Of a stretch of DNA of 64,000 nt, positions 1 through 10,898 are shown piece after piece. This DNA is from Gammaproteobacteria bacterium. Lineage in GTDB: Bacteria > Pseudomonadota > Gammaproteobacteria > JAADJB01. Both the position numbers and the translations under genes were made by a program. The stretch's first letter is position 1. Each line of letters opens with the position of its first letter. The DNA is taken from positions 338 through 64,337 of the forward strand of contig JAADJB010000009.1 in assembly GCA_013151035.1 (NCBI GenBank). Reading direction: 5' to 3'. Under the pieces are notes generated by a model. That model did no database searches and had not been told where the DNA came from. It was given only the letters and a program-made list of their open reading frames with translations.

Positions 1-130
1 CAGGGAATACTAAAACATTTACTTTGTGACTTGTGTTACCACTTGTTACAGTAACTATTGACCGAAAATCATCATCAGTAACAGAATTAAGAGATATTTT
101 ATTTATTCTTTCATAGTCATAATCTGTCAT
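1..130 (-). CDS. 5' end (about 43 codons) of an unknown gene running off the window start; part of the tRNA-Met-adjacent island
   Basis: ATG (revcomp) at 128-130 is preceded by a GGAGATG-type RBS. The minus-strand reading frame stays open to position 1. It is absent from the ORF track because it is truncated. Confidence 0.3.
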   Translation of the reverse strand, partial: MTDYDYERINKISLNSVTDDDFRSIVTVTSGNTSHKVNVLVFP

Positions 131-224
131 TTGATCATCTCCCTATCGCAATTGCTTTTATTAAACACTGTTTTACCACTTATGTCCACATCCCCTTTTA
201 GGTGGGATAGATATAACTATCTTA

Positions 225-1133
225 CTAATCCTGTACTTCGACCTCAGCTACAACTACTTGAGGCGGCTTTGTATCCTCAACCCACAACTCCTTGATAATA
301 TTATATAAACCATCAGAAACCCCTCTCAACAAATCTAGATCATAGTCTTCTTTAAATACGAATCGTTTAGGACTATCAACACAAACAAAACCAAGCAATT
401 CTTTTTTATTAGATGCTTGATATGGGCATATAGGCACAACCATGGTACTTTTATAAGGAGGCTTCCACAGAAAGAGCCTACTAAAGAAACCACTACCTTC
501 AACCTGACCATAAGCTGCAAAACTAGAATTTTTATAGCCATACCTGAAAGGAATATTATTTTCCTTAAAATAAGGGGCCGCACCATTTTCAATTTCCTCA
601 AATATAGCTAAGAAATCAGTATTTTCTTCCACCCAATGCTTAACATTTTCATTTTTATCGTTATTGCCTCTCGCACTATCTGTACTACGACAAAATGTTG
701 TTGCCTTATACCGCTCATTAAACAAATTATCTGTATCAAGAATTAAGACTTTAATGGAAACATGACACCTTGCCGATGTTATAACATTCATTGTATGAGC
801 AAGATTATTACACAACTCTATTATAGCCGAATGTGTAAACGCGTATTTTTCTGTAGTGGTTGAGAGGTTTCTTCTATTCAGTGCATGAATTGCAGAAAAA
901 CCATTACTCATATCTTTTATAGTTTCAGCATATTTTTTATTTCTTCCCCATCTTACCCTTAAGAACAAATAAGCAGCCAGATAATAAAAAAGAAGAACCC
1001 CTATTATTAAAACCGCCAATACTCCAGATTCTTCTAAATTTGGAACTTGATTAGTCACATACCAATTTACAAAAGCTATGACACCAGCAATAGCTAAAAT
1101 GGTTTCAACTAAAGATTTTAAATATGAGCGCAT
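225..1133 (-). CDS. hypothetical membrane protein: two N-terminal TM helices followed by an uncharacterized roughly 230 aa soluble domain; island-encoded
   Basis: 302 aa ORF. Hydrophobic segments lie at about residues 10-30 and 38-58. I recognise no catalytic motif. It lies between a truncated unknown gene and the 3' end of tRNA-Met. Confidence 0.5.
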   Translation of the reverse strand: MRSYLKSLVETILAIAGVIAFVNWYVTNQVPNLEESGVLAVLIIGVLLFYYLAAYLFLRVRWGRNKKYAETIKDMSNGFSAIHALNRRNLSTTTEKYAFTHSAIIELCNNLAHTMNVITSARCHVSIKVLILDTDNLFNERYKATTFCRSTDSARGNNDKNENVKHWVEENTDFLAIFEEIENGAAPYFKENNIPFRYGYKNSSFAAYGQVEGSGFFSRLFLWKPPYKSTMVVPICPYQASNKKELLGFVCVDSPKRFVFKEDYDLDLLRGVSDGLYNIIKELWVEDTKPPQVVVAEVEVQD

Positions 1134-1399
1134 TGAGCTTCCTTGCTTTCCCTATAATTTAATTACGATTATTTTAAGCTATTCTCACATGAGAACACCT
1201 TTCTATCAAGTACGTATCCCTAATCAATCTAATCATCCACAAGAAGAATATTCCTACCACATAAAACAATTAACAGGGCAGCCAACAGCAAAAAATAAAC
1301 CCATCACCAAAAACTGTTGCCAATACGTTGCCACAAACAAAACAATAGGCCCTCCATTAATCGCGGAAAACCACAACCTATTGATATTTCCATAAAATA

Positions 1400-1476
1400 T
1401 GGTGGCTATGGGTGGACTTGAACCACCGACCCCAGCATTATGAATGCTGTGCTCTAACCAACTGAGCTACATAGCC
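1400..1476 (-). tRNA. metT: tRNA-Met (anticodon CAT), elongator type
   Basis: Read by eye: revcomp gives GGCTATGTAGCTCAGTTGGTTAGAGCACAGCATTCATAATGCTGGGGTCGGTGGTTCAAGTCCACCCATAGCCACCA. The cloverleaf has a 7-bp acceptor stem, a CAT anticodon in a 7-nt loop and a TTCAAGT T-loop. It closely resembles E. coli elongator tRNA-Met. Confidence 0.85.
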
Positions 1477-1568
1477 ATATTTAGAACGACCTGTGAATAC
1501 AAGCCGAATTTCTGAAGCACGAATTCTATGCGAATATCGTGCCTATGTCCAGACCGGAGAAGGCCTGT

Positions 1569-2660
1569 TTACACATTAAACAGGAAATGCATCACATCGC
1601 CATCCGCTACAATGTAATCCTTACCTTCCAGACGCAGGCGACCCGCCTTACGTGCGCCCTGTTCACCATCATGCGCGATAAAGTCCTCGTAGGAGGTTAC
1701 CTCGGCACGAATAAAGCCCTTCTCGAAGTCGGTGTGGATCACAGCGGCAGCCTTGGGTGCGGTGGCACCGACAGGAATAGTCCAGGCACGCACCTCTTTT
1801 ACCCCTGCGGTAAAATAGGTATGTAGACCCAACAAATGATAACCGGCACGAATGACGCGATTCAAACCGGGCTCGGACAGACCCAACTCATCCAAGAATT
1901 CCTTTTGTTCATCAACATCCAGCTCAACCAGTTCTGCCTCAATCGCTGCACAAACAGCAACAATCTCAGCACCCTCATCCTGTGCCTTTTTGCTCACCAG
2001 ATCCAGGTAAGGATTATTCTCAAAACCATCCTCAGCCACATTGGCGATATAAAGCACAGGTTTATTTGTCAACAGATGCAGTTCATGGATATATTCCAGC
2101 TCCGTCTCATTCAAATCCAGAAAACGAACGGCATGACCCTCATCCAGTTGTTTTTGTACCTTATCCAGTGTGACCAGGCGCGCTTTGGCATCCTTATCTC
2201 CACTCTTGGCGACCTTATTGCTACGCAGCACAGCCCGCTCGACGGCTTCCATATCCGCTAGTGCCAGCTCGGTCTCGATCACTTCAATATCACCCAAAGG
2301 ATCAATCTTGCCAGCAACGTGAATTACATTCTCATCCTCGAAACAACGGACTACATGCACGATTGCATCGGTTTCACGGATGTTACCCAGAAACTTATTA
2401 CCCAGGCCCTCACCTTTAGAGGCACCGGCAACCAGCCCGGCGATATCGACGAACTCCATTCCAGTTGGCAAAACGCGCTGGGGCTGAACTACCTCAGCCA
2501 GCTTATCCAATCGCACATCCGGTACCGGGACGATGCCCACATTCGGATCAATGGTACAAAAGGGATAGTTCTCTGCCTGTATACTCGCCTTGGTCAGGGC
2601 GTTGAATAAAGTCGATTTACCCACATTCGGTAAACCAACAATGCCACATTTGAATCCCAT
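1569..2660 (-). CDS. ychF: ribosome-binding ATPase YchF (Obg-family GTPase)
   Basis: N-terminal P-loop [18 protein letters not shown], a TGS C-terminal region, 363 aa, and conserved position next to pth. Confidence 0.95.
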   Translation of the reverse strand: MGFKCGIVGLPNVGKSTLFNALTKASIQAENYPFCTIDPNVGIVPVPDVRLDKLAEVVQPQRVLPTGMEFVDIAGLVAGASKGEGLGNKFLGNIRETDAIVHVVRCFEDENVIHVAGKIDPLGDIEVIETELALADMEAVERAVLRSNKVAKSGDKDAKARLVTLDKVQKQLDEGHAVRFLDLNETELEYIHELHLLTNKPVLYIANVAEDGFENNPYLDLVSKKAQDEGAEIVAVCAAIEAELVELDVDEQKEFLDELGLSEPGLNRVIRAGYHLLGLHTYFTAGVKEVRAWTIPVGATAPKAAAVIHTDFEKGFIRAEVTSYEDFIAHDGEQGARKAGRLRLEGKDYIVADGDVMHFLFNV

Positions 2661-2673
2661 ACTGTATTACCTC

Positions 2674-3249
2674 TTACTTGCTATGCAAACGATGCATCGC
2701 CTTTTCCAGATCACCATCCAACACCATCGGCAATATTGACAGTGCTGCATCAATCGACTGATCAATCGCAATCTGCTCATCCGTTGTTGGACGATGCAAA
2801 ACGTAATCAGCCACCCGATTACGATCCCCGGGATGACCTATACCAATACGCAGGCGCAAAAAATCATTACCACCCAGATGACTCACCATGTCCCGCAGAC
2901 CATTATGACCACCATGACCACCCGCTCTTTTCAGACGCGCATCGCCCGGTTCCAGATCCAGGTCATCATGCACCACCAGGATCTGTTGACGATCAATCTG
3001 AAAAAAATGAGTAGCCGCTGCAACCGACTGACCACTGCGATTCATAAAGGTATCCGGCTTTAACACCCGAAAATCATGCCCGGCACAATGAATACGCCCA
3101 AGCTCACCATGAAAACGGGTCTCACGCCGGGGCACACATTGATGTTGCAAGGCAAGCTGATCCAGCAACCAAAACCCGGCATTATGCCGGGTCGATTGGT
3201 ACTCGGAACCGGGGTTACCCAGTCCCACAATAAGCTTAATAGCGGTCAA
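2674..3249 (-). CDS. pth: peptidyl-tRNA hydrolase
   Basis: LIVGLGNPGSEY...HNAGF signature, 191 aa, synteny ychF-pth-rplY-prs. Confidence 0.95.
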   Translation of the reverse strand: MTAIKLIVGLGNPGSEYQSTRHNAGFWLLDQLALQHQCVPRRETRFHGELGRIHCAGHDFRVLKPDTFMNRSGQSVAAATHFFQIDRQQILVVHDDLDLEPGDARLKRAGGHGGHNGLRDMVSHLGGNDFLRLRIGIGHPGDRNRVADYVLHRPTTDEQIAIDQSIDAALSILPMVLDGDLEKAMHRLHSK

Positions 3250-3265
3250 AAACCTCTACCTGAAC

Positions 3266-3919
3266 TTATTCTTCGCTAGCGCCATCTTCAGGAGTTTCTT
3301 CCTCTGTAGAGACTTCTTCCTCCTCATCACCACCACCACGTTTGATATGGATCGAGACAACACTCAAATCATGGTCCTCACCACGCGCAAGATCCAGGGA
3401 AATCACACCTTCAGGCAAAGTAATACTCGACAGGTGAATCGACTCACCAAGATCCAGTTCGGTAACATCAACCGCAATAAACTCGGGTAGATCCTTGGGC
3501 AGACACTCAATAAAGATATCCGTCGCATCATGTGACAACAGACCACCACCTTGCTTAACACCCTTGGCCTCTTCCCCACCGGTAATATGAACAGGCACAT
3601 GGACATGCAACTTCTTGTTCATATCGACACGTAATAGATCAATATGCATAATAACAGGCTTACTGGGATGACGTTGCACATCACGCAAGACTGCCGGCTG
3701 CTTATCACCCGCAATATCAACGGTCAGGATATGCGAATAAAAAGCCTCATGCTCCAGACTATGAAAGATCTGATTATGGCTCAGGGTCAGGGACTGTGGA
3801 TCCTTACCAGCACCATAGATAATGGCAGGGATCTTGCCAACGTGACGCAGGCGGCGGCTCGCACCCTTACCCATGTCCTCACGCAACTCGGCATCTAATT
3901 CAAAATTTACACGACTCAT
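3266..3919 (-). CDS. rplY: 50S ribosomal protein L25 / general stress protein Ctc
   Basis: N-terminal L25 fold motif ([15 protein letters not shown]) with an acidic C-terminal tail, as in Ctc-form L25. Synteny supports the call. Confidence 0.9.
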   Translation of the reverse strand: MSRVNFELDAELREDMGKGASRRLRHVGKIPAIIYGAGKDPQSLTLSHNQIFHSLEHEAFYSHILTVDIAGDKQPAVLRDVQRHPSKPVIMHIDLLRVDMNKKLHVHVPVHITGGEEAKGVKQGGGLLSHDATDIFIECLPKDLPEFIAVDVTELDLGESIHLSSITLPEGVISLDLARGEDHDLSVVSIHIKRGGGDEEEEVSTEEETPEDGASEE

Positions 3920-4016
3920 CTTACTTCTCCTAATAACGACTGCCTTGGCAGTCTGAATACACCTGCCCGCGACCAGGGAGGTGATAAAAAGGTGGGAAAC
4001 CCCAACCTCAAAAAAA

Positions 4017-4976
4017 TTAATCCATATACAAGGTACTCACCGATTCCTCGGCACTGATACGACGCATGGTCTCTCCCAGCATCTCGGCAATACTCAACTG
4101 ACGTATGCAGGGGCACTGTTCAGCCTCTTTACTCAACGGGATGGTGTTAGTTACCACCAACTCATCCAGCTCTGAATTTGTCACATTCTCAATTGCTGCC
4201 CCTGACAACACCGCATGGGTACAATAGGCCACCACCTTCACCGCACCACGTTCCTTCAGCGCACTAGCTGCCGCACACAAGGTACCCGCGGTATCCACCA
4301 GATCATCCACCAGAACACAGGTACGCCCCTTAACCTCGCCAATGATGTGCATAATCTTGGCTTCATTAGGTCGTGGCCGACGCTTGTCAATAATCGCCAG
4401 ATCGGCATCATCCAGACGTTTGGCCATAGCACGCGCACGAACCACACCACCCACATCCGGTGACACCACCATCAAATCAGGATATTTCTGGCGCCAGATA
4501 TCCCCCAACAGGATCGGTGATGCATAGACATTATCCACCGGTACCGAGAAAAACCCCTGTATTTGATCCGCATGCAGATCTATCGTTAATACGCGATCAG
4601 CACCCACATTACCAATCATCTGCGCCACCACTCTGGCTGTAATCGGCACTCGCAGGGCACGCGGTCGACGATCCTGCCGGGCATAACCGAAATAAGGGAT
4701 GACTGTCGTCACACGCCAGGCCGAGGCACGACGTAATGCATCCACCATAATCAGTAATTCCATCAGATTATCATTGGTCGGCGCACAGGTCGGTTGCACA
4801 ATAAAGACATCCTTGCCACGCACATTCTCGGATATCTCGACCTGAAGCTCGCCATCACTGAAACTGCCGACCACTGCACGGCCCAGCGGTATCTTCAAGT
4901 GATCAACAATAGCCTGCGCCAGCACCGGGTTTGCCGTTCCGGTAAAAACCACCATCTGATTATCAGTGTCTGACAC
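4017..4976 (-). CDS. prs: ribose-phosphate pyrophosphokinase (PRPP synthetase)
   Basis: Near-identity to E. coli Prs over [13 protein letters not shown] and the PRPP-binding loop. 319 aa. Confidence 0.95.
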   Translation of the reverse strand: MSDTDNQMVVFTGTANPVLAQAIVDHLKIPLGRAVVGSFSDGELQVEISENVRGKDVFIVQPTCAPTNDNLMELLIMVDALRRASAWRVTTVIPYFGYARQDRRPRALRVPITARVVAQMIGNVGADRVLTIDLHADQIQGFFSVPVDNVYASPILLGDIWRQKYPDLMVVSPDVGGVVRARAMAKRLDDADLAIIDKRRPRPNEAKIMHIIGEVKGRTCVLVDDLVDTAGTLCAAASALKERGAVKVVAYCTHAVLSGAAIENVTNSELDELVVTNTIPLSKEAEQCPCIRQLSIAEMLGETMRRISAEESVSTLYMD

Positions 4977-5015
4977 GGTTCAACCCTCTTAACGTCTTCA
5001 TTAATTACTTGTAAT

Positions 5016-5091
5016 TGGCTGGGGCGGCAGGACTCGAACCTGCGAGTGCTGGGATCAAAACCCAGTGCCTTAACCGCTTGGCCACGCCCCA
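5016..5091 (-). tRNA. glnU: tRNA-Gln (anticodon TTG)
   Basis: Revcomp TGGGGCGTGGCCAAGCGGTTAAGGCACTGGGTTTTGATCCCAGCACTCGCAGGTTCGAGTCCTGCCGCCCCAGCCA. It has an anticodon TTG, a T-loop and a CCA end. It sits between prs and ispE as in Pseudomonas. Confidence 0.85.
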
Positions 5092-5970
5092 TTATAAACC
5101 CTGATCTGCCAACGCTCCATATAATGGTGAGCGATTACGAGCAACAGCAACAAAACTCTGCCACCCCCAGGGTAATTTTTCCTGCACACGACAAGCACTG
5201 GCATGATCCGCAAAGGAGGCAAAGATACCGCCGCCGGTACCCGTCATCCGTGCTGGTGCATATTGCGCTAACCAATCAATAGCATCCGCTACCAATGGAT
5301 AGTGTTTACGCACTACCGATTCACAATCATTTCCAAGCTTGTTAGCATGAAGGTCGCATATTTTGATGGTCTGTGAATCCCGTGTCAATTCAGAATCGGA
5401 AAAAATCTTGGCTGTAGAGACATTTACCGGCGGAATTAGCACCAAAAACCAGGGTTCTGGCAACTCAACCGGGGTTAATTTCTCACCCACACCCTCGGCA
5501 AATGCCGCCATACCCCGTACAAAGACCGGCACATCTGCGCCCAGTTTCAGCCCCAGAATAGCCAGCTCATCAACAGATAACTCTATGTTCCATAAGCGAT
5601 TTAACACCACAAGCACCGTCGCCGCATCTGAACTCCCACCGCCCAGACCTGCTCCCATAGGCAGACATTTATTCAGCTCAATATCGACCCCATGTTCAAT
5701 CGCAAATGCCTGTTGCAATATTTTTGCGGCCCGCACACATAAATCCTGCTCAACAGGCACTCCAACCGGCCCCTGATGACGAGATATCTGTCCATCAGCC
5801 CGATGTCTTAAGATTAACTCATCACTATAATCAATAAACTGGAACACCGTTTGCAGATCATGCATGCCATCGGCACGACGACCGGTAATGTGCAAAAACA
5901 GGTTTAATTTAGCCGGTGCCGGCCAAGGGCCAGAGGGCTCAAGCTGATCATAATAGGCCGATTTATTCAT
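5092..5970 (-). CDS. ispE: 4-diphosphocytidyl-2-C-methyl-D-erythritol kinase
   Basis: GHMP kinase motifs (PMGAGLGGGSSDAA), 292 aa, synteny with lolB. Confidence 0.9.
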   Translation of the reverse strand: MNKSAYYDQLEPSGPWPAPAKLNLFLHITGRRADGMHDLQTVFQFIDYSDELILRHRADGQISRHQGPVGVPVEQDLCVRAAKILQQAFAIEHGVDIELNKCLPMGAGLGGGSSDAATVLVVLNRLWNIELSVDELAILGLKLGADVPVFVRGMAAFAEGVGEKLTPVELPEPWFLVLIPPVNVSTAKIFSDSELTRDSQTIKICDLHANKLGNDCESVVRKHYPLVADAIDWLAQYAPARMTGTGGGIFASFADHASACRVQEKLPWGWQSFVAVARNRSPLYGALADQGL

Positions 5971-6550
5971 GCCTCGAGCTCAACAACGGCTCCAGCTGAT
6001 CAATAACAAGACGCAACTCCACATCCTTGCCCTGTAAATAAATCAGACGAGGAACCACATAGCCATTGATCACCTGATAACGTTTATAATGAATAATCCA
6101 ACCATCCTGCACAACACTCACAGGGCGACCTTGTGCATCCAGGGTTTGCTCATCCGCCTTGATAACAGTGTAATCTGCCAGCACCCAATAACGTAACCTT
6201 GATAACGGCAGACGCATTCCGGTTTGATTGTAGAGTAACTGTTCCGCACTCGCTGCCACCTGCTGATGACCATCACTATCGGTCAGGTGTGCCTGCTGTT
6301 CGTCCACATCAATTCTAATCGTACCCACACCCAATGGCCCCTGTAACACCATATTGTATGTTGTTGGATATTGTTGCCAACGCAGACTGACATTCCAGTT
6401 TTTATCCTGATAACGCAGAGCCATACGTCCCTGTAAACGCCACTGCGTCCAGTCCAGCGGTTCCCAGGCCGTCACTGGTGGCACCTGCGGAATAGTGCTA
6501 CAGGCAACCAGACCTAATGATAGAAAAAAAACCCGAAAAAATAAACTCAT
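5963..6550 (-). CDS. lolB: outer-membrane lipoprotein LolB
   Basis: Lipoprotein signal with lipobox (LGLVACS). Size and position upstream of ispE match LolB. Confidence 0.8.
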   Translation of the reverse strand: MSLFFRVFFLSLGLVACSTIPQVPPVTAWEPLDWTQWRLQGRMALRYQDKNWNVSLRWQQYPTTYNMVLQGPLGVGTIRIDVDEQQAHLTDSDGHQQVAASAEQLLYNQTGMRLPLSRLRYWVLADYTVIKADEQTLDAQGRPVSVVQDGWIIHYKRYQVINGYVVPRLIYLQGKDVELRLVIDQLEPLLSSRHE

Positions 6551-8316
6551 GGTAGAAATCGCTGCATCACCTCTTGTAGATAGGGGTCATCCGGAAATTG
6601 CTGCAAACTATCACGCCATATCTGCTCTGCTTCCTGTTGTCTCTCCAACATCCACAAGATTTCCCCCAGATGGGCTGCAATCTCAGCCTCAGCAGTAATG
6701 GCATAGGCCTGTTGCAGATATTCCAGTGCCTGCTGATAATTACCCAGACGATAATAAGCCCAACCCATACTATCAATAACCGCCTGATTATCAGGCATCA
6801 GAGCCAATGCACGTTCAATGTAGATAAAAGCCTCCTGATAACGATCTGTCTTTTCCAACAGAAGGTAACCCAGGGTATTCAATGCACTGCCGTCCTCTGG
6901 ACGTAACTCAAGAAAGGCCTTCAAATCTTCTTCAGCACGTTTTACCTGCCCAGCCTGCATTGCTGCCTCTGCACGACCATAGAGTAAGGTTAAATCATTC
7001 TGCCATCGACCCAGACCCTGACTAAAGACATCAATCGCATCCTCATAGCGAGCAGCACGCATCAACAAACCACTCTCGACAATTAACAAGCGTCTAATAG
7101 CCTGTGGTTGCTCCTTACCCATGCCACGTAATAAATTACGCGCCTCTGTCAATGCACCACGTTGCTGCAACAAAGCAGCCCGCTGGATAATCGCCTCAAC
7201 CCTGAATTTACCCTGCGTAACCTTCTCCAGCCATTGCTCGGCCTGGGTCCCTTGACCTGACTTTTGTGCCACCAGTCCCATATAGTAATAGGCATTAAAA
7301 CGCGCACTATTTTTTAATGCCATCATGCGGGCAAAATAACCTGTGGCAACCTCCATGCGTTTATCTTCCAGCGCAAACAGACCGAGTGCTGTCAAGGAGT
7401 CAGCATCTTCCGGCTGCCTTGATAACACCCACAAAAATTGTTCACTGGCGGCCTGTAGCTGCTTATCCAGCATCAATAACTGACCATAGAAACGATGCAA
7501 AACAAGCGAATCTGGCAGACGCTTCAGTGCCAGCATTAATTCTTCCAGTGCCTGAGATTTTTTACCGGCACCAATCTGAGCCTGAATCGACAGTACAATA
7601 GCGTCTTCCCATTGTGGTCGAAGCATCATAGCTTGCTGTGCATGTTCTTGTGCCAGGACATATAACTCCGATTGCAAACTGACACGCGCATACATCAGAT
7701 GGGCTGATGCATCCTGTGGGAACAATTCCAGCAAGCCAGCCATAAGCTCCATCACCAGCAAGGGATCACTATCACTCAAGATATCCTGTAGTCCTTGATA
7801 GACCTCATCTCTGTTTTCTGCTGTCTTGAGCAAATAAACCAGATGTTCAAGCGCCTCATCACCTTGCCCGGTACGCATCGACAAATAAACCAGGGAACGT
7901 CTAAGTTCAGGATTATCCGGCTGCAGGGCAATCCAGTGCTTTGCTACCTTCAAAGCCGCAGCATATTCCCGTGCATACAGTGTAATACGCATCGCCCTGG
8001 CAGATAATCTTGGATCCTGTGAAGCCAGTGCAGCAGCGATATAATGACGGGAAGAAACCCCGATATAACCGCGCTTACCTGCAATCTCTGCCAAAAGAAT
8101 ATCGTACAACGCCTTGCCACCGAGCACTTCCTGTGGCCATAACTCCGCTGGATCAGATGCCAACACCCGTTTTTCAGGTACTTCAAGTGAGCGATTTGAA
8201 GAAGCGGGTTGCAACGCACATCCTCCTTGCACCACCAATATCAGAGGGAAACCAAGCATCACCAGTAATCGTCTTATCCCTGTTGTTCTTTTCATTAATC
8301 TCAATCTATACCCCAA
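6547..8316 (-). CDS. tetratricopeptide-repeat protein (conserved hemA-divergent TPR gene)
   Basis: 589 aa, signal peptide, and many TPR-like repeats (..AxxYYxxG..). It matches the Pseudomonas PA4667-type TPR protein upstream of lolB. Confidence 0.8.
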   Translation of the reverse strand: MGYRLRLMKRTTGIRRLLVMLGFPLILVVQGGCALQPASSNRSLEVPEKRVLASDPAELWPQEVLGGKALYDILLAEIAGKRGYIGVSSRHYIAAALASQDPRLSARAMRITLYAREYAAALKVAKHWIALQPDNPELRRSLVYLSMRTGQGDEALEHLVYLLKTAENRDEVYQGLQDILSDSDPLLVMELMAGLLELFPQDASAHLMYARVSLQSELYVLAQEHAQQAMMLRPQWEDAIVLSIQAQIGAGKKSQALEELMLALKRLPDSLVLHRFYGQLLMLDKQLQAASEQFLWVLSRQPEDADSLTALGLFALEDKRMEVATGYFARMMALKNSARFNAYYYMGLVAQKSGQGTQAEQWLEKVTQGKFRVEAIIQRAALLQQRGALTEARNLLRGMGKEQPQAIRRLLIVESGLLMRAARYEDAIDVFSQGLGRWQNDLTLLYGRAEAAMQAGQVKRAEEDLKAFLELRPEDGSALNTLGYLLLEKTDRYQEAFIYIERALALMPDNQAVIDSMGWAYYRLGNYQQALEYLQQAYAITAEAEIAAHLGEILWMLERQQEAEQIWRDSLQQFPDDPYLQEVMQRFLP

Positions 8317-8413
8317 AAATCCACACAGTCATGCAATATGCAGACTAAACGTATACAATACACGCTTTTAGTACCAAACCAGTATAATTCACACTAACAT
8401 CCAGATAAACCTC

Positions 8414-9670
8414 ATGCCTCTCATTGCGCTCGGCCTCAATCATCAAACAGCACCCGTGGACATCCGCGAAAAGGTCGCCTTTTCGCCTGTGCAAATGAAT
8501 GAAGCACTACAACAACTATCAACCCAACCGGGTGTTCATGAGGTCGCTATTCTATCAACCTGCAACCGCATGGAGATCTATTGTAGTGGAGATGAAGCGG
8601 CAGACAAGGCAATCACTGACTGGATCACACGCTTTCACAACATTGACATCAACAAACTCACTCCGTTCCTCTACCAGCATCGTGACCAGGGTGCTATTCA
8701 ACATCTGCTTCAAGTAGCCACCGGGCTAAACTCCATGATCCTGGGTGAACCACAGATCCTCGGACAGGTTAAGGCCTCCTATCAGGATGCCTTGCGTGCC
8801 GGTTGTATGCACAATCTGCTCGGCAAATTATTTCAACATACCTTTTCTGTTGCCAAGCAGGTACGTACAGATACTGCCATTGGCTCTAGCCCGGTCTCTG
8901 TTGCCTTTGCTGCTGTTAGCCTGGCACGACAGATATTTGGTGACTTGAACAATAAAACAGCCTTGCTTGTCGGTGCCGGTGAAACCATAGAACTGACCGC
9001 CAGGCATCTACATCAACATGGTCTCAACAAGATGATTGTTGCCAATCGCACCGTTCAACGCGCCCATACCCTGGCGACTCAATTTGATGCCTATGCGATT
9101 AGCCTGTCAGAGATGCCAGACCACCTACCTGAAGCCGACATAGTTATCTCATCAACGGCAAGCCCATTACCCATTCTCGGCAAGGGCATGGTTGAACGCG
9201 TACTCAAACAACGTAAACGACAACCCATTTTCATGGTGGATCTTGCTGTACCGAGGGATATTGAACCTGAAATTGGTGATCTGGCAGACATCTACCTGTA
9301 CACCGTCGATGACCTGCAAGAGGTCATTCAAGACAACCTCCAGTCGCGACAAGAAGCCGCCAAACAGGCACAGGAAATTGTTGACAACCGCACCGAGGAT
9401 TTTCTTGGCTGGATACGCTCACTACAATCTGTCTCCACCATACGCGACTATCGCAACCATGCCGAAAAGCAACGTGATCTTGTCCTGCAAACAGCCCGGC
9501 AGCAATTAAACAACGGCAAGGATCCCGAACAGGTATTACAATATATGGCTCATACCTTAACCAACAAGCTCATCCATGAACCCAGTACACAACTGCGCCA
9601 GGCGGGCTACGATGGTGAGACCGATTTTATTGCCATGGCACGCAAATTACTGATAGCGAAAGACCGCTGA
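8414..9670 (+). CDS. hemA: glutamyl-tRNA reductase
   Basis: 418 aa. The N-terminus [23 protein letters not shown] and the NADPH-binding GAGETIE region match HemA. Confidence 0.95.
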   Translation: MPLIALGLNHQTAPVDIREKVAFSPVQMNEALQQLSTQPGVHEVAILSTCNRMEIYCSGDEAADKAITDWITRFHNIDINKLTPFLYQHRDQGAIQHLLQVATGLNSMILGEPQILGQVKASYQDALRAGCMHNLLGKLFQHTFSVAKQVRTDTAIGSSPVSVAFAAVSLARQIFGDLNNKTALLVGAGETIELTARHLHQHGLNKMIVANRTVQRAHTLATQFDAYAISLSEMPDHLPEADIVISSTASPLPILGKGMVERVLKQRKRQPIFMVDLAVPRDIEPEIGDLADIYLYTVDDLQEVIQDNLQSRQEAAKQAQEIVDNRTEDFLGWIRSLQSVSTIRDYRNHAEKQRDLVLQTARQQLNNGKDPEQVLQYMAHTLTNKLIHEPSTQLRQAGYDGETDFIAMARKLLIAKDR

Positions 9671-9677
9671 GGAAACG

Positions 9678-10766
9678 CTGATTAACACATCAATTAACCG
9701 CAAACTGGAGACCCTGTCTGAACGCTTTATCGAACTGGGTGCTTTATTATCCTCACCCGAGATCATTGCTGATCAGAATCAGTTTCGTGAGTTTTCCAAA
9801 GAATATGCACAACTAACCCCGGTAGTAAAATGCTTTGAGGAACATCAACAGGCTGCGAAAGACCAACAAGAAGCCGAGGAAATGAGCAAGGACCCTGACC
9901 CAGAACTGCGTGAGATGGCAGAAGAAGAACTGGCTATCAGCAAACAACGTCAACAAGAACTCTCGCTCGAACTACAAAAACTGTTATTACCCGTCGACCC
10001 CAATGACCAGCGCAGCGTATTCCTTGAGATCCGTGCCGGAACCGGCGGTGATGAGGCCGCTATCTTTGCTGGCAACCTGTTCCGTATGTATAGCTACTAT
10101 GCCGAACAACATCGCTGGCCGGTTGAGATTCTCAGCGAAAACGCAGGTGAACACGGTGGCTATAAAGAGATTATTGCGCGTATTAAAGGTGAGGGTGCCT
10201 ATTCCAGGCTCAAATTCGAATCCGGTGTACACCGGGTTCAACGCGTCCCCGAGACCGAATCCCAGGGACGTGTTCATACCTCGGCTGCCACTGTTGCCGT
10301 CATGCCCGAGATTGAGGAAAGCGAGGCCGTCGATATTAATCCGTCTGATTTACGCATTGATACCTATCGTGCCTCCGGCGCCGGTGGTCAGCACATCAAC
10401 AAGACCGATTCCGCGGTACGCATTACTCATCTACCCAGTGGTATCGTTGTCGAATGTCAGGACGAGCGCTCCCAGCACAAAAATCGCGCCCGTGCCATGT
10501 CCCTGCTGACCTCCAGGATGGAGACCATCGAACGAGACAAACAACAGGCGGAACAGGCACAAACACGCCGCCAACTGGTAGGTAGTGGTGATCGTTCCGA
10601 ACGCATCCGTACCTATAACTACCCCCAGGGGCGCGTGACTGACCATCGTATTAATCTAACCTTATACAAACTGGATGAGGTTTTACAGGGCAAGATTGAT
10701 CTGATTATTGATCCGCTGACCAATGAAGATCAGGCTGATCGACTAACTGAATTACAACAGGGTTAG
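9678..10766 (+). CDS. prfA: peptide chain release factor 1 (start codon non-canonical; see findings)
   Basis: GGQ motif ([23 protein letters not shown]). The first in-frame ATG is at 9882, but about 68 conserved RF1 N-terminal residues are encoded upstream, back to a stop at 9654-9656. The only candidate starts are CTG 9678 and ATT 9681, after a GAGGAA RBS. Confidence 0.9.
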   Translation: MINTSINRKLETLSERFIELGALLSSPEIIADQNQFREFSKEYAQLTPVVKCFEEHQQAAKDQQEAEEMSKDPDPELREMAEEELAISKQRQQELSLELQKLLLPVDPNDQRSVFLEIRAGTGGDEAAIFAGNLFRMYSYYAEQHRWPVEILSENAGEHGGYKEIIARIKGEGAYSRLKFESGVHRVQRVPETESQGRVHTSAATVAVMPEIEESEAVDINPSDLRIDTYRASGAGGQHINKTDSAVRITHLPSGIVVECQDERSQHKNRARAMSLLTSRMETIERDKQQAEQAQTRRQLVGSGDRSERIRTYNYPQGRVTDHRINLTLYKLDEVLQGKIDLIIDPLTNEDQADRLTELQQG

Positions 10767-10769
10767 AAT

Positions 10770-10860
10770 CTATGGTGCGTAGTACGCACCCTACCGTCAT
10801 TTGCGATACCGACACACCGAATAGCGGTCATTCCCGCGTAGGCGGGAATCCATTATGATG
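10770..10860. repeat. REP-like extragenic palindrome GGTGCGTAGTACGCACC-CTACC plus a second hairpin ATTCCCGCGTAGGCGGGAAT
   Basis: Imperfect palindrome at 10775-10792 followed by CTACC. The same unit recurs at 41656-41677 and 50382-50437. Confidence 0.5.
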
Positions 10861-10898
10861 CAGTATGTTAAGTATCCTCTTATAGCGAGCAATACGTT

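Noticed and set aside
1078-1395. 105 aa plus-strand ORF between the island gene and tRNA-Met
   Set aside because: Low-complexity sequence with no RBS. It overlaps the likely promoter and att region. Probably non-coding.
5363-5776. 137 aa plus-strand ORF inside ispE (and similar shadow ORFs at 1836-2261, 13531-13962, 14926-15360, 44745-45074, 45117-45443)
   Set aside because: All are antisense or out-of-frame within conserved housekeeping genes, so I treat them as spurious.
9910-10509. 199 aa ORF on the plus strand in an alternative frame inside prfA
   Set aside because: It lies entirely within the well-supported RF1 coding region. The proline/arginine-rich translation is typical of an out-of-frame shadow ORF.
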